From assembly GCA_016188075.1 (NCBI GenBank), contig JACPIO010000017.1, positions 23,406-87,405 of the forward strand: a DNA stretch of 64,000 nucleotides. Direction: 5' to 3'. Numbering within the stretch: position 1 is the first letter of the stretch; each line of letters starts with the position of its first letter. This document shows positions 18,162-27,107 of this stretch, piece by piece. The notes beneath the pieces were generated by a model. The model did no database searches, had not been told where the DNA came from, and saw only the letters and a program-made list of their open reading frames with translations. This DNA is from Candidatus Wolfebacteria bacterium (lineage in GTDB: Bacteria; Patescibacteriota; Minisyncoccia; UBA6257; UBA9933). Made by a program: the position numbers and the translations under genes.

Positions 18162-18191
18162 ATTTGGGCGGCGAATCTCCCCCTCGGCACC
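18116..18191 (+). pseudogene. tRNA 3'-end relic interrupted in the T-loop by the double-hairpin AGGCT element (18122-18171)
   Basis: TGGGTT|insert|CGAATCTCCCCCTCGGCACC. Confidence 0.5.
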
Positions 18192-18226
18192 TGGGTTAGA
18201 AGTTTGCGATTTAACGCGGGAAGGTT

Positions 18227-21200
18227 TTAGCGCGAGAAGAGTTTCAAAAGCTCCGCGATTTTTGTTTGAAGCAGAGAAACATTGGCTATAAGCTCCGCGG
18301 GATTGGCGTAGAGAGTGGTTGAGGTCGAAATCGGGGTTGAGGTCGCGTACGGCGGAGTCGAAGTAACGGAATAGCCTACTGCAGGAACAACCGTTATTGT
18401 ATTACCAGCTGCTGATTGAATTCCGGCCGGAATAGAGGCGTTGGAGTTTCGTCCGTAAGCCCGGATATCGGAGGCTGAACCAATGGCAAAAATGTATTGT
18501 CCGCCCGAAGAAGCTCCGCCGGAGATAAGTGGAGCGACGTCAGCTCGCAATTCCAACTCAATAGCGCTATTTTGCGGGACAATGGCCGGGATTGAAAGAT
18601 TAAAGACGTAAACCCAAGTGTCTCTATTAGTTGAACTGGCAATGATTGGTCCAGCCACCACCGTGCCGCTATTCAATAATCTGGCATTTTGGAAAGATGG
18701 CGTTGTCGCGTTGTTGGTCGAGACTGCGGTTATGGTTAAAGCGTCAACCCTAATTGGTTCGGCGGAGTTGTTGGCAAAACGAAAGGTGGCTAAACTGTTA
18801 TTGACTGATCCCATCACCACTTGCGTGGACGACGCGGTATTTGGGCTAATGGATACTCTAAGAAAGGCTGACGTATCCGGCGTGGGCGGAGGATTGCCAG
18901 TTGCTGGCGCCCCGGCAACACGGCGGCAAACATCAAATTGAAGCATTTTCTGGATTGTTAGATTCCCGACAATGCCTGTGCCATTCGGGTTAAGTCCTCT
19001 CGCGATTAGAGCATCGCGCAGGTAATCACGTTGAAATGCTTTTACGGCATCAAAGGTTGGATTAAGAATCAAGTCGAATGAGTAATGTCTATCCTCCAGA
19101 TGCCCGATAAATTGACGGATGGATGAATCCGGGTAAGCGCTTGGATTTATATATCCCAAACTCACCAAACACTCCTGGACCTGGGCTTTTTGAGTCGTGG
19201 TTAGATTTACCGCGGAAATATCCGGGTCAAGTGGGCCGCCGAATCTTCTCAATGGCAATCCAGCACCACCACTCCCTGGCCCTCCTATACCACCCATACC
19301 ACCAGCCGTACCTCCTATACCACCTGGTCCACCTCCAGATGCAGCAGCTTCTGCAGCGGCGGCCGTTGCTGCTGCCTCTGCTTGTTCCGCTAGTCCTTGC
19401 GCTCCCGCAGAAGGACCCGCGGTATCTGACGCTCCGCCGCCAGCTTGAGAAACCGTCCCTCCTGCGCCTGTCGAAGAAATAATCGGTCCTTGATTGGCGC
19501 ACAATTGATTTAATTTTCTTTTTGTATAAGTGCCGACAATGCCCGTGCCGTTTTCTCGGCCGCCAGAAGTGTAAATTTCCGAGGAAAATTGATTTTGAAT
19601 TAGTATAACCGATGACGAGGTTTGAGGCCCAAAGGTACCCAAGCCAAGAGCTTCGCTACTAGGCAAAGTAAATTGAGCAGACGGAATCGTTGCCAAACAT
19701 TGTTGTAATCGAACAACTTGGCTTCTATTGTTGTTGGGTGAATCTCGGCGCAACTCCGTTGAATCATTGTAAAGATCAAAAAGCGGTCCCCGAACTGCCG
19801 GCAAAATCTCAAAATTCAAAAGATTAGCTGTGTCAAAAACATTACTACCGGTAATCGCGGTGTGAACTCTTAAGACAAGACTGGAGAGTTCCGAAACGTC
19901 GCGGAAGGTCAAGCGAACCGAAGTACCGCGCGTCAAATCATACTGGGTTTCCGGGTTAAAACTTTCAATCCGGGCGTTTTGAGACACATAACTCCACTTA
20001 ACCCGATCACGGCAAATCTGTCCTTCTCGGCAGAAAGGGGCGGCCCAGGTAAAAGTGGCGGATTCTCCGGCGTTAAATCTGGTTTTTCCGTCCGGCAAAA
20101 GAGAGAAATTAGAGTTGCCTAAGTTGGGAACAAGGGCTTGGGCTGTGGCCGGCGAAGTTAAGGGACCAGAAGTCGGCGCGCCAGAACCAGGAGCAACTAC
20201 TCCGGGACCGCCAGTTCGCGGTCCGACTGTTACTGAAATACTTCTTCTGCCTATTTCGCCTTGGCCAAACGCGGTAGTCGAAAAAAGCGCTCTCAAAACA
20301 ATGTTGACGGTTCTCGAAGTGCTCGTGCTGTTAGTGATTAAAACTTGAGCCGGGAACAAAGTTTCGTGGAAATTATAAGGACCGTTACCTTGTCTTCCGC
20401 AGTATTCTCGGCCGGCATAACCAACGGTCACTGCGTTATCGTCATTTCCTTCACAGCCAAGAGTAATAATGGGAGAAAAACCAAGACCCGGCCGCTTGGA
20501 CGCATTCAGAGCTACCGTGGTTCCGGAATTAATTGTTATAGATGTAACTGGAGTCGGATTGCTTGCGGAGATGGCGGTAAAAGATGAAATAACCGGGCCA
20601 GAGTCAGCAACGCCCGAGTCAGGAGACGGCGCCGAAAGAGTTTGAACCACCCTAAAGATACCCGCGTTAGTGCTTGGGGCAGACCGCGCTCCGGGAATGG
20701 CAACTGGCCTCCCGCCTAACCAGTAGTAACCGTCGGGCACAATATAATACTGATCCGGCATAATCACCCCCAACGTATTTGAGCTTGCCGCTGGAGTGGG
20801 ATTAAGAGGATTACCGATAAAATACGGGTTATCGCCGTTATAATTTACAGCAATAGTGTCGCCGACTTGGGCCCCGGATCCGATATTAGCCTTGATAGTT
20901 AAAAGTCTGTAGCTGCCGCGAGGAATTCTAACCGGAGTTGTTAATTCAATAAAAGTGGCATTAAGAAATGCAGATGCTGAGAAATTTGCGCTGCCGACAT
21001 TGACTGCGCCGTTCCACAAGGTGAGTCCGTTTATAGCCCGCGGGTTGGTGCCACCGAATTTCAATCCAATCCGCCGGAGATCAATGTCATAGCTATCTGA
21101 AGCGAGACGCAAAATTGTTGTTGTAGTATTTTGGGAGTTGGCAAGAACTTCCAAGTTGCCACCGCGCGGCGAGGTATCGTCGAGAGTTATCGTAAAGGCG

Positions 21201-23047
21201 CCGGTCGTTGGAGCAGGAGTCTGGGTAGGCGAAGGAGTGGCGCCCACCGCAGAGCTTGACCCTACGGCAATGGACACGCTTTTTTGGTCGCTCAATACAT
21301 TGCTTGAGGGATTGGTATTGCTATAAACGCTGTAAGTTTTCAGAATCAGAGTAATTGTTTTTTGAGTATTGGCGCTGTTCGTTAAACGAACCAAAGCCGG
21401 AAAAGTGCTAATAATAACTCCATAAGGCCCGTTTATAACATGATTGTCCGCCGGATGATGACCGCAATAAACTTGGTTATTAGAAACCAAGACTAACGAA
21501 ACATCGCCGCTATCATTGCCCTGGCATTCAAGAGTAGCGGCGGCAACGTTTGCTTCGGAATTTAAACGGGCAGTTAAAGTATTAGATCCGCCGGAATTTA
21601 CATACGGAGAAAAGGCGCTGAAGCTTGAAAGGGCCGGCGCAGGCGTTGGAGTTGGAGTTGGTGTTGGTGTTGGTGTTGGTGTTGGTGTTGTGGCTGGCGC
21701 GCTAACCGTTATTGTGAACGGGCTAGTTTGAGCCGAACAATTGCTTTCGTCAGACGAAGCACAAGCCCAGCCGTAGAGATAATAATTGCCCGTCGCAAGG
21801 GTTGGTGAGATATTCAGGATATAAGGATTAGCTGCGCCGACGGAGGTCCGTGGAAAAGATGATACGCCATCATATCTCAAGCTAAAGTGATTGACCGTAC
21901 CACTTACGCCAAGAAAGCTAACCTGGATAGAGGTAGCGCCCTGGGTGACGGCGGAGGGGGCTGAAACCGAAGAAAGAGTTGGCGCCGGAGTCGGGGTTGA
22001 CGAGACCGGCGCGCTCACAGTCGCGGTTGTGGTTTTGTATGGAGAAGGGGTGCCGTCGTTTTTGAAAGCAGCTCCTTGGAGTTCATAAGCTCCGGCGGTA
22101 GTGGGTGTAAAAGAAATTCCGGTACAGAATCCGGTTACGGCAGTAGCAGGATTCCATACGGACGTTCCCTGAACTCTATACTGGAACCCGCAGAAATCAT
22201 TACTGGCGTACCCACTAAAGTTTACGGTCATCTGATTTCCAAGCGTCACCGAGTTCGCCGAGATACTGGTGAGGGTTGGAGTGGTTGGCGTCGGAGTGGG
22301 AGCCGGAGAAACCGTAACAGTAACCACGCTATTGCTGGATCTGCTGTTATCAGCGCCCAGGGCATAAAGAGTAAAAGTGACCAATCCGGGAGATATGCTG
22401 CTATTATTTACGGTAACGACATTACTGGAATTACTAACAACGTTGGCAGGAACATTAGGGGTAAATCCCGGAATAGAAATACTGGGGTTATCCGAAGAAA
22501 AAGAAAGCCAGCCGCTTACGGCATTTTGAGCCGAAGTGTTTAAGGTTACGTTCGATCCAGATGGAACCGTGGTTCCGTTCTGAGGCGAAGAAAGAGAGGC
22601 GGTTACCGGCGGAGCAGCGATGGTAAACGTGTCCGTGGTCGCACCAATTGGCATTGATTGGCCGTCTTTGGATCCATTCCAGTATACGTTAACGGTGTGA
22701 GTGCCGACATTATTGAAAGTGCAGGTGGCGCTATAAGATCCGCCGCAGTTATTAAGATAGGTTCCGTCGAGATTCACGGTCATTATGCCAGCAATCCCCC
22801 AATTGGAAGGCGGCTGACTCGGATAAGTTCCGGTTGAATCACTGCGATAAACCGAAGCATTGAGCGTGGCGGTACTTCCCGAGACGGTAACGGCTGTAAA
22901 GTTGCAAAAACCAAAAGTTGACAAAGTGTAGCCCGGCACCGCGGCGCATTTAGTATCGGCCTGGGCTTCTTTTGTCAAAATCCCCCCGAAAACTCCGAGG
23001 AAAACGACCGCTAATAATATAATGAAAAAATACTTAAAATTTTTCAT
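18227..23047 (-). CDS. Very large secreted/surface protein (Ig-like beta domains, PT linkers, peptidoglycan-binding-like domains)
   Basis: Signal peptide ending AQA, S/T-rich beta segments, (PT)n, VVRLQQCL..GTFGPQT and AVKAFQ..GTGIVGNLT motifs. Confidence 0.8.
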   Translation of the reverse strand: MKNFKYFFIILLAVVFLGVFGGILTKEAQADTKCAAVPGYTLSTFGFCNFTAVTVSGSTATLNASVYRSDSTGTYPSQPPSNWGIAGIMTVNLDGTYLNNCGGSYSATCTFNNVGTHTVNVYWNGSKDGQSMPIGATTDTFTIAAPPVTASLSSPQNGTTVPSGSNVTLNTSAQNAVSGWLSFSSDNPSISIPGFTPNVPANVVSNSSNVVTVNNSSISPGLVTFTLYALGADNSRSSNSVVTVTVSPAPTPTPTTPTLTSISANSVTLGNQMTVNFSGYASNDFCGFQYRVQGTSVWNPATAVTGFCTGISFTPTTAGAYELQGAAFKNDGTPSPYKTTTATVSAPVSSTPTPAPTLSSVSAPSAVTQGATSIQVSFLGVSGTVNHFSLRYDGVSSFPRTSVGAANPYILNISPTLATGNYYLYGWACASSDESNCSAQTSPFTITVSAPATTPTPTPTPTPTPTPTPAPALSSFSAFSPYVNSGGSNTLTARLNSEANVAAATLECQGNDSGDVSLVLVSNNQVYCGHHPADNHVINGPYGVIISTFPALVRLTNSANTQKTITLILKTYSVYSNTNPSSNVLSDQKSVSIAVGSSSAVGATPSPTQTPAPTTGAFTITLDDTSPRGGNLEVLANSQNTTTTILRLASDSYDIDLRRIGLKFGGTNPRAINGLTLWNGAVNVGSANFSASAFLNATFIELTTPVRIPRGSYRLLTIKANIGSGAQVGDTIAVNYNGDNPYFIGNPLNPTPAASSNTLGVIMPDQYYIVPDGYYWLGGRPVAIPGARSAPSTNAGIFRVVQTLSAPSPDSGVADSGPVISSFTAISASNPTPVTSITINSGTTVALNASKRPGLGFSPIITLGCEGNDDNAVTVGYAGREYCGRQGNGPYNFHETLFPAQVLITNSTSTSRTVNIVLRALFSTTAFGQGEIGRRSISVTVGPRTGGPGVVAPGSGAPTSGPLTSPATAQALVPNLGNSNFSLLPDGKTRFNAGESATFTWAAPFCREGQICRDRVKWSYVSQNARIESFNPETQYDLTRGTSVRLTFRDVSELSSLVLRVHTAITGSNVFDTANLLNFEILPAVRGPLFDLYNDSTELRRDSPNNNRSQVVRLQQCLATIPSAQFTLPSSEALGLGTFGPQTSSSVILIQNQFSSEIYTSGGRENGTGIVGTYTKRKLNQLCANQGPIISSTGAGGTVSQAGGGASDTAGPSAGAQGLAEQAEAAATAAAAEAAASGGGPGGIGGTAGGMGGIGGPGSGGAGLPLRRFGGPLDPDISAVNLTTTQKAQVQECLVSLGYINPSAYPDSSIRQFIGHLEDRHYSFDLILNPTFDAVKAFQRDYLRDALIARGLNPNGTGIVGNLTIQKMLQFDVCRRVAGAPATGNPPPTPDTSAFLRVSISPNTASSTQVVMGSVNNSLATFRFANNSAEPIRVDALTITAVSTNNATTPSFQNARLLNSGTVVAGPIIASSTNRDTWVYVFNLSIPAIVPQNSAIELELRADVAPLISGGASSGGQYIFAIGSASDIRAYGRNSNASIPAGIQSAAGNTITVVPAVGYSVTSTPPYATSTPISTSTTLYANPAELIANVSLLQTKIAELLKLFSR

Positions 23048-23090
23048 ATGTTTTTATTGTAGCAATAATAGCAAAAAATAGAAAAAATTC

Positions 23091-23378
23091 CTATCTTTTT
23101 AATTTTGCCCTAATCGCCGCTTCGATTCTATCGAGGGCATTCGGGGAGGTATTTGATGGCTTAACAGTGGTAGGTTTTGGTATTGGCGCTGGTGCTGGTT
23201 TTGGCGTTAGTATTGGGGTTGAAGTTGGAGTCGGTATAACTTGAACTAGAGGAGTCGGAGAAGCAGTTGCCGGAGCCGACCCCGGCTCTTCGGCTGAATT
23301 ATAAAAAAATCGAACAGCGAATATGCCAGCCACAATCACCGCGATCCCGATAGCAATAACAACAATTATTTTATCCAT
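23091..23378 (-). CDS. Hypothetical TM protein with Pro/Thr-rich tail
   Basis: N-terminal hydrophobic helix, PT-rich linker. Confidence 0.7.
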   Translation of the reverse strand: MDKIIVVIAIGIAVIVAGIFAVRFFYNSAEEPGSAPATASPTPLVQVIPTPTSTPILTPKPAPAPIPKPTTVKPSNTSPNALDRIEAAIRAKLKR

Positions 23379-23384
23379 AAAATT

Positions 23385-23996
23385 TTATTGAGCGGCTGTT
23401 GCGGTTGGAACGCCAGACTGATTAATGGCGTTCGAATCCGCTCCATAGAGATTCTCCGTAGGCAAAGATGACCAAAATTCTGCTGCCGCCTGCTCGCCGT
23501 TACTCGAAAACGAAAGCTGAATAGAATTTATTTGCTGCGAGGCGCTGAAAGTCCGATGAAGGTTTATTGACTTAATCGGCGGAGTAAAATCTTTTACCAC
23601 GCTATTATCAACCAATTTTTTAGCAGACCAGAAAAAAGACTTAATATCTCTGTAATTGGTGGTTCCTTCGTAGTAATTATATACCGCGCTATTCAAGAGA
23701 AATCTTTCGGAGCCGCCCTGACCGCTAACTCTAATAAATTCTTCAACAAGCTGATTTTCGCCACCCCTCTTTAGATTGACAACGCCATAAAGAACCGTAA
23801 TGGGCTGGTCAACGCCACCGGCAATTTGAACTATCCAGTTCCCTGGATCAACGTTTGCTGATCTTGCGGTAAACTCGGCGGCGTATCTCACTTCAACTTC
23901 ATCAAAATCGTATCGGATGCTTTGAGCGACAGAAACGCCGCCAAAAGAAATCAGAGCAAATAAACTAAAAATAAGATATTTTGCGCTTTTGCCCAT
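23385..23996 (-). CDS. Hypothetical secreted protein
   Basis: Signal peptide ending VAQ; operon-like spacing. Confidence 0.7.
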   Translation of the reverse strand: MGKSAKYLIFSLFALISFGGVSVAQSIRYDFDEVEVRYAAEFTARSANVDPGNWIVQIAGGVDQPITVLYGVVNLKRGGENQLVEEFIRVSGQGGSERFLLNSAVYNYYEGTTNYRDIKSFFWSAKKLVDNSVVKDFTPPIKSINLHRTFSASQQINSIQLSFSSNGEQAAAEFWSSLPTENLYGADSNAINQSGVPTATAAQ

Positions 23997-24095
23997 AAAT
24001 TATTTAATTAAAAACCGTAGCCACTTTTCCTGACGTAATTTTAGCAGGATTCATAGCGGAAAAACAAGATGGGGCGGTTGATAACTAAGCACATG

Positions 24096-24179
24096 TGCCG
24101 GAGGAGGGAGTTGAACCCTCATGAGATTGCTCTCGCACGCTCTTGAGGCGTGTGCGTCTGCCAATTCCGCCACCCCGGC
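24096..24179 (-). tRNA. tRNA-Leu(CAA)
   Basis: GCCGGGG/CTCCGGC stem, loop CTCAAGA, variable arm, GGTTCAACTCC. Confidence 0.95.
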
Positions 24180-24256
24180 AAAATAAAAACACATATTGCT
24201 TGCGGGGTTATTTTACGCTAAAATAAAAAATTAGTAAATCGCGACTGCTTAAATTT

Positions 24257-25270
24257 ATGGAACCAGAAGAAAATTCAAACATTGCGCCTTCCTCATCCCT
24301 TATTCCCGAACCGCCGGAAAAGCCGGTATCCGCGGAAATTTCAGAGCTGGCCGCGCCAACCGAGCCGGTTTCCACTCCGGCTCCTTCTGATATTCCATTT
24401 TCTCCCCGGCCTCCGATAAATCCGCCCGCCCTAAAAAGGAAATTTCCCGAGGCGATTTTTCAGATTGAAACTGACAAAATCAAACCCAATCCGCATCAGC
24501 CGCGCCGCGACTTTGACGAAGACTCCCTAAAGGAACTGGCGGCTTCCATCCGGGAACTGGGCATTCTTCAGCCGCTCGTTGTCTCTAAAATCGAAAAAGA
24601 AACAGATCGCGGCACGGACGTGGAATACGAACTTATAGCCGGCGAACGGCGTTTGATGGCCGTGAAAATACTTGGCTGGGAAAGAGTGCCGGCAATCGTT
24701 CGAACCGTTGATTCCCAATCCGAAAAATTAGAAATGGCCGTGGTGGAAAATCTCCAGCGGTCGAATTTGAATCCGCTGGAAACCGCTCGAGCCTACGCCA
24801 AACTTCAGGACGAATTCCGGCTGACTCAAAGAGAAATCGGCGCCAAAATCGGCAAAAGCCGGGAGACGGTTTCCAACACCTTAAGACTTTTGAATCTGCC
24901 CACGGAAATCCAGGATGCCCTGGCAAAAAACCAAATAAACGAAAGCCAGGCGCGGCTCTTGCTTCAAATCGAAGACCCGAAAGAGCAGCAAATAATTTTC
25001 GAGGATTTATTAAGCCGTAATTTAAGCGTCCGAGAATTAAAATCAAGAATCCGGAAAACCAAACCCCAAAAAACTTCCGGCGAATCCGCTCCGACATTCA
25101 AAGCCACTGATCCGGAAATTCTGAATTTGGAGGAAAAATTAACGGAAATTTTAGGAGCCAAAGTGCAAATTCAAAAAACCGAAGCCGGCGGAAAAATCAT
25201 CATTGATTTTTATTCGGCGGAAGAAATCAAGGGCATTCTCCAGAAATTAAATCCTCATCCGCAAAACTAA
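24257..25270 (+). CDS. parB: ParB/Spo0J partition protein with Pro-rich N-terminal extension
   Basis: IKPNPHQPRRDF, YELIAGERRL, ENLQRSNLNPLE, HTH KSRETVSNTLRLL. Confidence 0.95.
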   Translation: MEPEENSNIAPSSSLIPEPPEKPVSAEISELAAPTEPVSTPAPSDIPFSPRPPINPPALKRKFPEAIFQIETDKIKPNPHQPRRDFDEDSLKELAASIRELGILQPLVVSKIEKETDRGTDVEYELIAGERRLMAVKILGWERVPAIVRTVDSQSEKLEMAVVENLQRSNLNPLETARAYAKLQDEFRLTQREIGAKIGKSRETVSNTLRLLNLPTEIQDALAKNQINESQARLLLQIEDPKEQQIIFEDLLSRNLSVRELKSRIRKTKPQKTSGESAPTFKATDPEILNLEEKLTEILGAKVQIQKTEAGGKIIIDFYSAEEIKGILQKLNPHPQN

Positions 25271-25274
25271 ACCC

Positions 25275-26819
25275 CTACTTTTTTATTTTCCGCTTTTCCC
25301 GGACATTGGCCCTTATGTGCTTTTTGGCTAATTCGGTTTTGACCGACGCGAGCCACGATTCGGAGGGACGCTTGCCTTTTTGAATTAAAATCTCCACCAC
25401 GTCGCCGGACTGCAGTTTATAGTCCAAAGAAACGATTCGGCTGTTTACTCTCGCGCCGGAACATTGGTCGCCAATATCGCTATGAATATGGTAGGCGAAG
25501 TCAACGGGAGTGGCGCCGGACGGCAAGTCGATCACCGCGCCTTTGGGCGTAATCACAAAAATCCGATCGCGGAAAAAATCAATTTTTAGGGAATCCAAAA
25601 AATTTTCGGAATCCGAAAATTCTTTCTGCCATTCCCGAAGCTGTTCCACCCACGCCAATTCTTTTTTATCGGCGAACATCGGTTGGCGCGAACGATAATC
25701 GCCCGTTTCTTTTTCTTCTTCGTAAAGCCAGTGGGCGGCAATGCCGTTTTCCGCCTGTTCGTGCATTTTTTGCGTCCGAATCTGAAATTCGGTCGGGTGA
25801 TTGTCAACGCAAAAAACCGTCGTGTGAAGACTCTTGTAACCGTTGGGTTTGGGCAGGGCGATGTAGTCTTTGATGCGGCCCGGCAGAGGCGGCCAGAGTT
25901 GATGAATCACTCCCAGGGCGGCATAGCAATCCTCGACGGTCGGGACGATAATCCGCATCGCCACCAAATCGTAAATCTGATCCAAATTCATATCATAACG
26001 TTGAAGTTTTTTATAGAGACTGGCGTAGCGCTTAGCCCGAAAATCGATTTCCAAAACTTTTATTTTATTGTCAGCCAGCGTTTTTTCTATGACGGGCAAA
26101 ACCTTCTCGCGCAAGTATTTCTCCCGCTCTTCGTATTTTTCTTTAACATTTTGAATCAGCCAATCGTAATCTTCCGGATATAAAAACGGGAAGGCCAATT
26201 CTTCGAGTTCGCCGGCCAAGCTCTGCATTCCCAGACGATACGCCAAGGGCGCGTAAATTTCATAGGTTTCCAAAGCAATTCTTTTTTGTTTGGGCGGTGG
26301 GAGCGCGGCCAAAGTTTGCATGTTATGAAGTCGATCAGCCAGTTTGACTAAAACCACCCTTAAATCCCGACTCAAGGCCAAAACCATTTTTCGCAAATTC
26401 TCCGCCTGCGTTTTCGCTCCGCGATATTTGACATGGCCGATTTTCGTCACCCCTTCCACCAAAAAAGCGATTTCTTCGCCGAATTCTTTTTTTATCTCGC
26501 CCAGTCCATGGGGCGTATCTTCTATTACGTCGTGGAGCAGTCCGGCGGCGATGGTCGGCGGATCCAGCCGCCACTGAATCAACTTCATTGCGGTTTTTAC
26601 GACGTGCTTAAAATACGGTTCGCCGGTTTTTCTTTTTTGTCCCTCGTGCGCCTTCTCGGCAAAAAGAAAAGCGCGCCGCAGAAGGTCAGTAATTTGAGGA
26701 TCAATCTCTCCTCCTCTTCGCAGCGCTCTTCTTATAAAGCCGAACCCGCGAAAACCTTTTTCGCCATTGGGTTTTATCGCCGACTTTTTAAATTCTCCGA
26801 GAAAAACTTCGAGTTTCAT
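25275..26819 (-). CDS. relA: RelA/SpoT (p)ppGpp synthetase/hydrolase (HD-SYNTH-TGS)
   Basis: AHEGQKRKTGEPY, LLHDVIED, KLADRLHNM, KPNGYKSLHT, TPVDFAYHIH. Confidence 0.95.
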   Translation of the reverse strand: MKLEVFLGEFKKSAIKPNGEKGFRGFGFIRRALRRGGEIDPQITDLLRRAFLFAEKAHEGQKRKTGEPYFKHVVKTAMKLIQWRLDPPTIAAGLLHDVIEDTPHGLGEIKKEFGEEIAFLVEGVTKIGHVKYRGAKTQAENLRKMVLALSRDLRVVLVKLADRLHNMQTLAALPPPKQKRIALETYEIYAPLAYRLGMQSLAGELEELAFPFLYPEDYDWLIQNVKEKYEEREKYLREKVLPVIEKTLADNKIKVLEIDFRAKRYASLYKKLQRYDMNLDQIYDLVAMRIIVPTVEDCYAALGVIHQLWPPLPGRIKDYIALPKPNGYKSLHTTVFCVDNHPTEFQIRTQKMHEQAENGIAAHWLYEEEKETGDYRSRQPMFADKKELAWVEQLREWQKEFSDSENFLDSLKIDFFRDRIFVITPKGAVIDLPSGATPVDFAYHIHSDIGDQCSGARVNSRIVSLDYKLQSGDVVEILIQKGKRPSESWLASVKTELAKKHIRANVREKRKIKK

Positions 26820-26840
26820 AAGGATTGTTTCTTCAATTTT

Positions 26841-27107
26841 TTATCCTTCTTTTTCTTTATCTTCCTTGTTTTCTCCGGCAGGGGGCGCGGACGGATTTTG
26901 CCACGAGGCAAAATCGCAGCTTGGCCGCCCCGATTTTAATCGGGGCGAGCCTCGCCTGCGACTGGATTTATCCATGAAGCATAGTCGCAGGCGGGCCGCC
27001 CACTATAACGGGCGAGCCTCGCCTGCGGGCTCATCGCTTTTTCTCTCTTTTGCATTAGAATTTTCGGTTACTTGAGGATTGACCCACGAGGCATAATCGC
27101 AGGCGGG
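26841..27107 (-). repeat. Tandem relic copies of the topA 3' end separated by double-hairpin AGGCT elements
   Basis: In-frame PACDYASWVNP.., then PACDYASWINPVAGEARPD* (26936-26995), then PSCDFASWQNP..EKEG* (26841-26924). Confidence 0.8.

Noticed and set aside
21640-21692. (GGTGTT)n tandem repeat
   Set aside because: It simply encodes the Pro-Thr linker of the surface protein
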